From the human T2T-CHM13v2.0 reference genome, Homo sapiens: a stretch of DNA of 64,000 nucleotides. The notes beneath the pieces are model-generated. The model did not search any database, was not told the DNA's origin, and saw nothing but the letters and a program-made list of their open reading frames with translations. Shown piece by piece: positions 40,200-50,249 of the stretch. Each line of letters begins with the position of its first letter. Positions within the stretch are counted from its first letter, which is position 1. The stretch is taken from the NCBI RefSeq assembly GCF_009914755.1, contig NC_060931.1, one strand, 5' to 3'. The position numbers and the translations under genes are program-made.

Positions 40200-41020
40200 A
40201 TACATAATTCAGACCTTTTTTAAAATATAAAAATAAAGTCTGTTACCTTAGCCCAGAAAATATCTCTCCATTTACACAGTACATTTTATTGTTAGCTTTC
40301 CATAGGTTTTGCATTGTAAAGTTTTTTTTTTTTGTGACAGTAATGGATTAGCATTGTGAAGTGGGTCTTTTTGTATAGTTTAATGTCTTAAGCAGTTATT
40401 GATGGCATATAGGAAAACTGTTTTTATAGCTGATTTTTTTGAAGTTTCTCAATTACAGGCTATCATGTCATTTGCAAGCAAGTAAAATTGTGTCCTTTAC
40501 TTTCTACAATCTATGCATATTATTTGTTTTCTTGTGTAATTTTAGAGACTATAACTTTAAGAATAATGTTAGTTAATAGTGGTAATGAAAAGCATCCTTT
40601 TTTTGAATTTACAGACATACCTCTGATATTTCATTGTTAAGAACAATTTTGGCTCTCTAAATTGAGACAGACTCTTCACACTGTTAAAGAAACATTCTTT
40701 TGCTTTAGTTTTAACATGTTTGTGAAATTTTGAAACCAGGATTAATGTTACATTTATTGTATATTATGTTGCACCTGTAAGTATGAATACATAGCAGTTC
40801 TTTCATCTATTAATGTGAAAAATTAGATCAGTAAATATCTTGAGATCAAACCAACCTTGCATTCCTAAAAAAAAAAACCCAGTATTTGGTTATGATATAT
40901 TATTCTTCTAATATACTGTTGAATTCTGTTTAATGATGTTTTATATGGTATTTTTGCCCTTATATTTGTAAATAGATAGTCTATAGTTCTCTTGTCTATG
41001 CTCTCCTTGTTACATTTTGG
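40200..41020 (-). mobile_element. Old L1M ORF2-region fragment
   Basis: ATCATGTCATTTGCAA, TAATAGTGGTAATGAAAAGCATCCTT and AACCAACCTTGCATTCCT. Confidence 0.7.
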
Positions 41021-41789
41021 TAAGCCTGTGGTCTCTTCCCACACATGTTCAACTACTTACGCCATATAAAATTATTATAATTCTCTAGTGGGTAATGCCA
41101 TTTCAGGGCTTAATGGCTTTCTATGGGCTGTCCTCCCTGGTGTTTTGCTTTTCCTTGTTTGCCTTTCACACTCATGCAAAACTCTGACCATTGCTGATCA
41201 TTAGTCCCCTCCTCAATGAAGTTTTCTCAAATATGCCCTCCCCATTTCCAACTCAGTTGATCATTCCCTTTCCTGCTGTCTTTCAGTATTTTCATATCTT
41301 CATTGTAATATTGATCATATGGTAATAAAATTATTTTTCTATTTGTTTCTCTCATTCTATTTTAAGTCTTTGAAAGTGGAGATTTTGACATTTTATTTTT
41401 ATATCACTAGTTCTCAGCTTCATGCTTATGAAATGCTAGTTGAATGCATGAGCGACTGAAGGAAACTCATATATACATTTACTTTACCTTACTGCAGTGC
41501 TTCCTAAGGATACTGTAAATTGCTCCCAGCATGACAGAGAGAAATAAGCACATCCTTTCTTAGTCATGTATCTTTCAAATGGCCTGATTATGCTCCTTTG
41601 CAAGGCCCCAAGACATGTGTTGAATTATTCATTCAATATTCATTCAATATTGTTGTGTTGCTTAATTTGGCATTATGGTGGCACAGCATTATATTTAGAT
41701 ACAATGGAGGACAGCATTGTGAAAACATGGATCATTCTTCAATAAGGTTTTCTTTTCCTCTGAAATGTATCCAATTAATGGGAGTGGGA

Positions 41790-42345
41790 GCATTTGCCAT
41801 TCCACAGATGAACACCTGCAATGTGCTAGTAACTGTGCTGGATGCTGAAGATTTGGCAGGAAATTAAACAAACACAGTCCTTCATGGCAGCACTTACATT
41901 CTATTTGGGGAGTGCCACCAAAAATAACCAAATAAACAAAATAATTTCTGACTTGAGAGAAGGTGATGAAATGGGAGAATGGGGTCATTTTAGATACTAG
42001 TGGTCAGGGAATGAATGTCTCAGCAGGTACTATTGGCCTGAAATTTGAAAAGGAGAGAGCCACCCCTTCTCCAGTTAGCCTGGAAGATTGTTCCAGATGA
42101 TGAGCATGGCATTTTTAAGGAAAAGCAGGAAGGCCAGCCTGGTTGAAGGTAGTGAGCTAGGGCTTCTAAATGGAGATGAAGGTGTAAAGCAGGAAGAGCG
42201 TAGCTCATCTGGGGACCTGTGGACCATGACTAGGGCTTAGTTAGATTGTACTTTAAATGTGATGAGATATTTTTGGAAACTTTTGATTAAAGGAGTTTTA
42301 TGATCTGTTTAATACATTTGAAAGAACATTTGGCTGCTATGTAGG
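41790..42345 (-). mobile_element. L2 fragment
   Basis: AACACCTGCAATGTGCTAGTAACTGTGCTGGATGCTG...GTGGTCAGGGAA...TTTGGCTGCTATGTAG. Confidence 0.65.
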
Positions 42346-43192
42346 GAAGAAAAGTTCTGTTCCCCTACACATTATTATAAGAAATGGTTAGACAAAAATA
42401 TTTAACTGGCTGCTGTGTCACCAAGAAGGCGTATGAGGATGTTTGTGCTGTAGTTGGAAATATATAGGTGAGAAATTACAACTTTTCCTATTGAGTCTTA
42501 ATAACATCTTTTTCAACCATGCTGCTTTTTCCTCTTTCCTCTTACTTTCTTCCCCAGTGTGTGGCTTTCAACCATTATCTTTATATGTGTAATTCACTTC
42601 ACTCACCTTTTAAATTTCTTGTTCCACATAATACTCCTTACCATAGCATCGTTAACTGCCCCAGTATTATATAGACATAATGCTAGATTTTTATACACCT
42701 GGAAAGAGATAAAAAGTAGTTTAGAATTTCTCTTTTTTTAAAAAAATGTCCAAATTGCATCCTATGAGTGACTAAGCAGCATTATTAAGAGCCTTTATAA
42801 AACAGCAGACAGCCCAGAGGTACCTTACAATGATAGCAATGAAACAAAGCAATTTTTAAATTGATTTAGCAAAATGCTTAGTTACTATTTCATGGTAGGC
42901 AAAAGAATAATAAACCTTAAAGGAGGAATCATCCTAAGACACTATGAAAAATAAAACCAGCATGAACTCATTGGTTGCTGTCAGCCCTTGTTTTTATGGC
43001 TTGTGTATGAATGTTGGTAAGAGAGAGTGAGAGAACCCGTTGGTGGGCTTTTGGCTGAAGTTGGATGCATGTCAGTAGGGATGTCCAAGTCTGTCAGTAG
43101 TCATGGTCTCTGTTTTGCAGAGAATCACATTTTATTAACTGTACAATAGGAACACTCTGGCTCAACCCTGTCTCCTCTCTCCAATGTAGACA

Positions 43193-43420
43193 CAGTGGTG
43201 TGATGGAGCTGGCTTGTATTGTCCCCCTACCGCCAATTGTTAGAATTTCTCCCCAGCTGTGTGTTTAGTGATCAGTGATGCCATGTTGGTACTGTAGCTT
43301 AGAAGCAGCCACACTGGCTATTTACACCACATAAGTCAGCATGCACTACCAATCAGGGGTCCCCTCTTCTCCCTGATCCCACCAAGAACCAGTTGTTGAA
43401 CATTTACCACCACACCACTC
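43193..43420 (+). mobile_element. MER63-like hAT MITE
   Basis: Terminal inverted repeats CAGTGGTGTGATGG and CCACCACACCACTC; internal TATTTACACCAC and CAGTTGTTGAACATTTACCA. Confidence 0.7.
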
Positions 43421-44355
43421 CCTGGATGTTCCATCAGAAACACAGTGGGTTTAAATACAAACTCATCATCTCTCCTCCGCTCCACCCCGCTCCTTTCTAC
43501 TACCGGCTTCTTCTGCATCCCTCTAATTTCTTGGCAGACTTTAAATCCAAGCTTGAATCTCCAGATGCATCTTTGACTCTTCTTTTTCCCTTTTGCCTCA
43601 GTGTGAGACCCTTTTTCAGGCTCTATACATTCTCCTATCTCAATGCTTTATGTCCCCTCTCAATTTCTACTGGTGTTCCCGCAGGTAAGTGGTGTCTTTC
43701 CCTCTTGGAAAACCTTAGTTGGATCTTCTGAAATAGCTGCTTAATCCCTACATAACTTCTTTTCTCCACGTCTTCCATTCCATCCAAAATATTCTTATTA
43801 GCTTGCTTTCCTGATGCGTATTTTGAATTCTATCACTTTTCTGCTCCAACTGTCAGTGACTCCTTCTGATTACTTAAATAATGTTTGTGCTTCATAGTTT
43901 GGCATACAAGGAAGTCCATTAAATAAGCAACACTTACCTTTCCCATTGATTTCTCGTGATGTCTGTTCCCCTTCTTGATGTTCTTGGGTCCCCAAATGGA
44001 ATGTATGCCGATTCAAACAAATGTATGTCTAAAGTATACATTTTTCTAAAAAGCCTTTTTTTCCTCTTTGCCTGGGTAAAACTTATTTTTTTCTTTTAGA
44101 TGTAACTCAAATGATGCCACCTCCTCAAAATCTTTCCTAACTTCTCACTTCCTATCCTCCATGCCAGAGTAATCTATTTCCTTGAACTCCCTTGGTAATG
44201 CTAGACTGCTTTTTGTAACACCCATTATTTTCCTCCTTTATTACAACCTATTTTGGCACATTGTGAAGTTTGGAGTAAGTACCCCACCTTACTCATCTTT
44301 GTCCCTTGCTCAGACAAATGGCACAGTTGCTTGCCAAGTAGAGATTTATTAAAAG
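43421..44355 (+). mobile_element. L2 fragment
   Basis: CCTGGATGTTCCATCAGAAACAC...AAACTCATCATCTCTCC...TCTTTGACTCTTCT...TTTAGATGTAACTCAAATGATGCCACCTCCTC. Confidence 0.65.
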
Positions 44356-45089
44356 AATTTTAAAAAGGAAAATAATGTTTGCGCTTAGGTGGAACACCCT
44401 TTAGCTGCTGGAAGTAAAATAAATAAAAGCAAAGGAAGTAAAAAATGGCATGATAGGAATACTTCTGAAAGCCCCCCAAAAGTTTAACTTTTAAGTGGAA
44501 CATTTTTATGTTATATAATGTGTTTGAAGAGGATGTCACATGGAAGCTGAAATAGAATAGAATAATTCTACAGTGTAACAGAAGGCAGGATCTGAATAAA
44601 GGGCTGGAAGTTATAGAACACATTTTCATTTAATATATAAGAAAACTTCCTGAGAGATAGAAGCTGTCATTGTCTATCACAGGAATGAGATTCCTAAAAA
44701 GCTACCGAGCTCCTATCACAGACATGATGCAGATGTACGACCATCTGGCAGGAGTATTATAAAAGGAATTCCTGCAGGGAGTAGATATTCCCTAAGGTCT
44801 TTTAAGACTCTATGATTCTATAATTCTCTGACTTTTTGTGAGTCATCCGGCCTGTTGGGTTTTTGAGCTGTCACAGCGCTAAACCACAGTGGGTTGCCAT
44901 GATTGTTGCTATTAAGACTTTTATTGTATAGTGGGAACATAAAAATATTTAGGAAGAAAACATCTATAAAGGTTACCCCTTCCTCCGCCAAAAAATGGCT
45001 TCTCAATTTCAGATCCCCTGCTTTGGGGAAAAATGTTCTATCACTATTCTTAGATCACAAGCTTAAAATCTAGAAAACCTGCCATATTA

Positions 45090-45447
45090 GGGACGGGTGT
45101 GGTGGCTCATGCCTGTAATCTCAACACTTTGGGAGGCTGAGGTGGGTGGATCATAAGGTCAGGAGTTTGAGACCATCCTGGCCAATATGGTGAAATCCCA
45201 TCTGTACTAAAAATACAAAAAATTAGCCAGGTGTGTTGGTGCACACTTATAGTCCCAGCTACCTGGAGGCTGAGGCAGGAGAATCGCTTGAACCCAGGAG
45301 GCAGAGGTTGCAGTGAGCCGAGATTGTGCCACTGACTCCAGAGGTTGCAGTGAGCTGAGATCGTGCCAGTGACCACAGCTTAGGCGACAGAGCGAGACGC
45401 TGTCTCAAAAAAAAAGAGACAGAAAGAAAAGGAAGGAAGGAAGGAAG

Positions 45448-45542
<95 letters not shown>
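45090..45542 (+). mobile_element. AluSc-like element with a 37-bp internal tandem duplication, expanded tail and 18-bp target-site duplication
   Basis: TSD AGAAAACCTGCCATATTA at 45072-45089 and 45543-45560; GAGACCATCCTGGCCAA diagnostic. Confidence 0.95.
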
Positions 45543-45545
<3 letters not shown>

Positions 45546-45548
45546 AAA
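45421..45548 (+). repeat. Pure-purine compound STR (GGAA)4(GA)n(AAAG)16
   Basis: 128 nt with no pyrimidine; 16 perfect AAAG units at 45481-45544. Confidence 0.95.
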
Positions 45549-46409
45549 CCTGCCATATTATAATTTAGGCTTAGTTTTATTTCAGTTCCTTTGCCATGAG
45601 TCCCCAAGGGCATGGACTGAACTGGGGAGTAAAACCTCATTCTCTAGTGGCTTTCATCTTGTCCCTTGTCTGGAGTCTTTCCTCACCTGGAAACACTATT
45701 TGCAAATTGCATTCAGTTCTGCCTGCTTCTTTGCTAGATATTTGGATTAGCACCTTGGTCTTCCTTCCTCCAACTGCTGATCTAGAGGTTACCTCTCCCT
45801 ATGTTGTCGTATATGAATATAAGGACTTCTACATTTTTCTTTTTCTTTTTTTCAGGAATTTGGCTACTAGCAATGATAAGTGAATAGGAGGGTAATCTTT
45901 TCCCTGTGTTCTTGACCCCCTCCTCTCCTGTTTTCTTCCTGATATTATGTCACCAGTTACCCAAACCCTCCATCTCTTTAGCTTCAGCATCTTATCTTGG
46001 ACTTCCTTCCCCGCTTTGATGCAAAATGTGTTCAAGTCTTCTTGATTCTGTCTCTCTCTCTCTCTCTCTCTCTGTCTTCTGGGTTCCCTTCAAATTATCT
46101 CCTCATTTCTCTCCTCTGATCTGACAACCTACTGAAAGAATGGCCTTTCCTCATTGCCTCCCATATTTTCCACCTGCAATACACTTCAGGAGGATTGTTG
46201 GCCACACCACTCTCGTAAAAGTATTCCTGCTAAGACCACCACTGACCTCCTAGCTGTCTACTCCAGTTTTCAGAACTTCCCTCAGTATGTTAGTAGTAGT
46301 TAAATCCATGGAATGCCTATTCCTCCTTCACTTTGAGGCCATTTAACCCTGTAAATCTCATTGTCACTTAGTAGTCGCTTTATCTGGACTTGACTATATA
46401 AACATCTGT

Positions 46410-46740
46410 AAGTAATGCATTCAGAAAACAGGTTTTGAGCATGTACCCTAGAACAGGCTCTGCACTAGGGCTGGGGAAAATTGGTGAGCAACACCTGCCA
46501 GCCCTGGGGCATGGTGGAGTAGATGGAGTGAGGGATCGCTCCCATGGGGGTGTAGTTGCAGGGTGTGATAAGGGCCATGCAAGAATGCCAGGAGAATGTT
46601 TAAGAGCAACCTTATCTAGACTGGGGATCTCAGAAACCTTCCCTGAGAAAGCTACTCAGCTGCATATTGAAGGAGGAGTGGATTTTAACTAGGAGAAGGG
46701 GGAGGAAGAACACCCCAGCTAGAAGGAACAGCATGTGCTT
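46410..46740 (-). mobile_element. L2 fragment
   Basis: CAGGCTCTGCACTAGGGCTGGGG...CAGAAACCTTCCCTGAGAAAG...GAACAGCATGTGC. Confidence 0.6.
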
Positions 46741-48179
46741 TAGAAGGCGACCTGTCTTAGGGGAGAGGATGAGGGCTCAGCTTTGAATGCTGTCTTTGCC
46801 ACTTATTAGTAATGTGATGGTAAAAAGAGAAAATCATGTGATGCCTCTGGGCCAGTGTTCTGGGGCCTTTTAGGCAATTATCTCTGCAGTTGCTTATAGA
46901 AAACAGGCCTCACATTCCAACTCTCGGGGGCTCATCTGAGGGTGCTCTCATTCTAGCAGAGGGTGTGGGGAAGCTGGCATGGAGGGGAAGGCCTGTGGTG
47001 TTTATGATTTGGCTTTGGGGAATGTCTGGTCATGGAGTCCTTTTTCTGGGATTTGAGGATGGTGGCGTGCCAGCCCCACTGATGGGTGGGGGTGGGCCTC
47101 TTGGGACGGGTAGCACCCTGTTTAGGTCCAGTGGACTGAGCTATCCCTCGGCAGCCAAGGCTGCAAAGGGCATTGAGTGTGAAAAGACCCTTTCTTGTGC
47201 AGTGATGGGATGTGAATGCTGGTTTATTGTGGAGCCAAAAGGCACGGCAGATGCTTGATGCAAGGCCCCCAGCATCTGAAAAAGTTCACCACTGTACCGC
47301 ATCCTCCAGGGGCAGCCGCCTCTGCCGCCCTTTGATTAATGCACGTAGTGGAGGATTTGTGCCTTTGCCTGTTTGTGGGACTTGGCAGCCATCCACTGCC
47401 TAATGTGAAAAAGGCCTATGGAAGGATCGGCCCCTTTGAAGCAGGGGGCTGGTGGTGACTGCTGCGTGTGGCTGGGGTGTGGCCTCCAGATGCTAGAGGC
47501 CTTCACTTTCATAAATTTTCCTCACTGCCATTTGTGACTCCACACTCCCAATTACTGCACTCTCTGGAGGTGGCCATGGCCAACACAGGCAAACCCAGGC
47601 TAGTATTGTTCGGCTGCCAATGGGAAGACTAGAGACAATGCTGGGGCTGGCATCCCGGGGGATGGCACCCTAGGGTGATAGGAAAGAAAGAACAAAGTTC
47701 AATTCCTGCACATCCTTCAAACTCTGAACTTCAGTGGGGCTGGAGATGGAATGCTGCAATTTCTGTTTTGCTTAGTCCTCTAACCATTTCCATTTCTGTG
47801 CATGGATGAATTTTGCTCTTTTCTTTAGGGATTCGTTGGGGGAAGGGGAGAATACAGATTTTCATTTACCTTCTGAGAACCCTAAGGGAGAGATTAGGCA
47901 AGGAAAGGAGAATGTGGAAAGGGGTAATAATGTGCCCAAGATAACACAATTGAGGTTCAATCTTGGTGTGGTGATCACTTACCTTGCTGCCTCTTCGAGT
48001 AGATTATGCCGTGGGACAATTGTGTAGGCATGTTTTCTTCTCCTCTAGGGCCCAGACATGAGAAGCAACATTGAAGAAGGCATTTGCTCTCAAGTGCCAG
48101 CCCTGTACTTACTGGAGCCTGAGAGCTAGTGCCCCCTTAATATGTTGCCCTCAAGACTCCTCCTTGAGTGTTGCCTGGC

Positions 48180-48336
48180 CCAGTTCTGCCCTGCTCTCCC
48201 CACCACACCCCAAAGGCCCCAGGATCGAAGCCAGTTCTGCCCTGCTCTCCCCACCACACCCCAAAGGCCCCAGGATCGAAGCCAGTTCTGCCCTGCTCTC
48301 CCTACCACGCCCCAAAGGCCTCTGGATCGAAGCCAG
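48180..48336 (+). repeat. 51-bp minisatellite, 3 copies
   Basis: Unit CCAGTTCTGCCCTGCTCTCCCCACCACACCCCAAAGGCCCCAGGATCGAAG at 48180, 48231 (identical) and 48282 (4 substitutions). Confidence 0.95.
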
Positions 48337-48752
48337 GTTCTTCTTTCTTTCTGCATTTCCCACAATGCCCAGCCCACAGGTTGCACACAGCGGATATTCT
48401 CTTGGTGTTTGTTGAGGGGACTAGAACAATTTCAAAGACGGTATGTATCTATGTTGGGAGTAGAATTATGATGAGATGAGCTCACCAAAAAGGAGACAGT
48501 GAGTTTCTTTGGGGTAAAGATCCCTCTCTCATTTCTGGGCTGGGGGCTTTTAAAATACATATACTACCTAGTTTTGGGGCTAGCTGAGCCCTGGGCAAGT
48601 TCATATCTTGACAGAATCACAGAATATTAGTACTGTGGAGACCCCATCACTTTACAAACTAAGAATCAGGCTTACCCCAAGACGTGGCTGAATATTGGCA
48701 ACACGCTGATACTTTTGGTCCCTGATGGTATTACCACCTCAGACTTGGTAGA

Positions 48753-49750
48753 TGTGAAATGTGTATATTGAAATGTGTATATTGCTCTCTGACATAGAGC
48801 TCCTGAAACTGTGTAGGTAAGGGCACTAGGGAAATCTTTTTTTTAAATTTTAATTTGGTCTCTGACCCCAGTTCCTGATACAGAGCTCCTAAGACCTTTG
48901 CAATTAATTTCCTGAATGGTAGGAGTGAGAGATGCAGAGCTTCTAAATCCTTTGTAATTTACTTGGTGATAGGAGCATCTTTTGTTCTAATGAGATGATC
49001 CTTGGGGGGCTCCTGGACAGCCTCAGGATGGAGAGGGGCTCCATTGCTAGAGGAACCAACCATGTAATTAGAGGGTTGGACTTTCAGCCTCTCCCTCTAG
49101 CCTCCAAGGAGGGGAGAGGGGCTGAAAGTTGAGTTGATCACCAATGGCTGGTGATATAATTAATCAGGTCTATGTAATGGCACCTCCACGAAAACCCCAA
49201 AGGTCAGGGTTTGGGGAGCTTCTGGATAGCTAAACACACAGGGGTTCTGGAAGGTGGTGTGCCTGGGTTCTGGAAGGTGGTGTGCCTGGAGAGGGCACAG
49301 AAGCTCTGAATCCCTTCCTACACCCTCACCCTGTGCATCTCTTCCATCTGGCTGTGCATCTGTATCCTTGGTAACAGCCTTTGTAATCAACTGGGCAACT
49401 TAAGTGTTTCCCTGAGTCCTGTGAGTCACTCCAGCAAATTAACTGGATCCAAGAAGGGGGTTGTGGAAACTCCGATTTATAAACCGGTTGGTCAGAAGCA
49501 CAGGCCACAACCTGGGACTGTGATTGATATCTAAAGTGGGGAGCAGTGCTGTGGGACTGGGACCTTTGCTGTGGGATCTGACGCTAACTCCAGTAGATAG
49601 TGTCAGAATTGAGTTAAATTTCAGGACATCTAGTTGGTGTCCGCTGGAGAACTAGTGGTTAGTGGGGAGAAGTCCCTACATGTTTTGGTGACCGAAGCTT
49701 TCTGTGTTGAGTCAGCGTGTGGAAGCAGGAAAAACAGTTTAGTTTTTCCT
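48753..49750 (+). mobile_element. MER21-family (ERVL) solo LTR
   Basis: CAGAGCTCCTAA repeats; AACCAACCATGTAATTAGAGGGTTGG; GTTGAGTTGATCACCAATGGC; GTGTTTCCCTGAGT; GGGATCTGACGCTAACTCCAGTAGATAGTGTCAGAATTGA. Confidence 0.85.
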
Positions 49751-50230
49751 TTAGTGGTAAAGAATGTTTCTCTTCTGCTTAGGTGAAGGATTCCGACTCT
49801 CTTGTACTTGAGATTCTTTTTAGAGACAAAAAAATATGTGACGTTCGATGTAGTACATAGGTGAAATGAGATTTCGTGAAAAAGATAAAAAAGATTGAAA
49901 AAGGTGGACGGAGCAGAGGCTTCTTCCTGGTGGTGGCCCATCTCGCCCTGCCCTTTCCAGAAGCCTGCCTCAGATGCACTCACCCTTCTTGGCAGGCATC
50001 AGGGGTAGGTGTTTAGGATTACACAGGGGTTTAGTTCACCAGCCTTACAATTGTTTTACAGTAAGCATGACGGTGATGAATTGAGCACAAGTTTAAGAGA
50101 AAAGTGATTGATTTTCTGCCAAGCACCATTTTTATGTTCTTTTTTATCAGCCAGCCTCCAAAAAGGTGAGTTGTTTGATTTAGAAGCAAATGCTGGAGTA
50201 AGAATTATGGTTACTTCATGCAGTAACTCT

Positions 50231-50249
50231 CGGCCACTAGAGGGGGGTC
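50231..50249 (+). promoter_or_regulatory. CTCF core motif (forward)
   Basis: CGGCCACTAGAGGGGGGTC matches CCASYAGRKGGCRS at 13 of 14 positions; TGCAG lies upstream at 50219-50223. Confidence 0.5.

Noticed and set aside
48180-48336. CRISPR-like array
   Set aside because: The units are head-to-tail with no unique spacers, the context is eukaryotic and there are no cas genes.
48071-48479. Five overlapping ORFs with 17-aa repeats
   Set aside because: An artefact of the stop-free 51-bp (3n) minisatellite unit.
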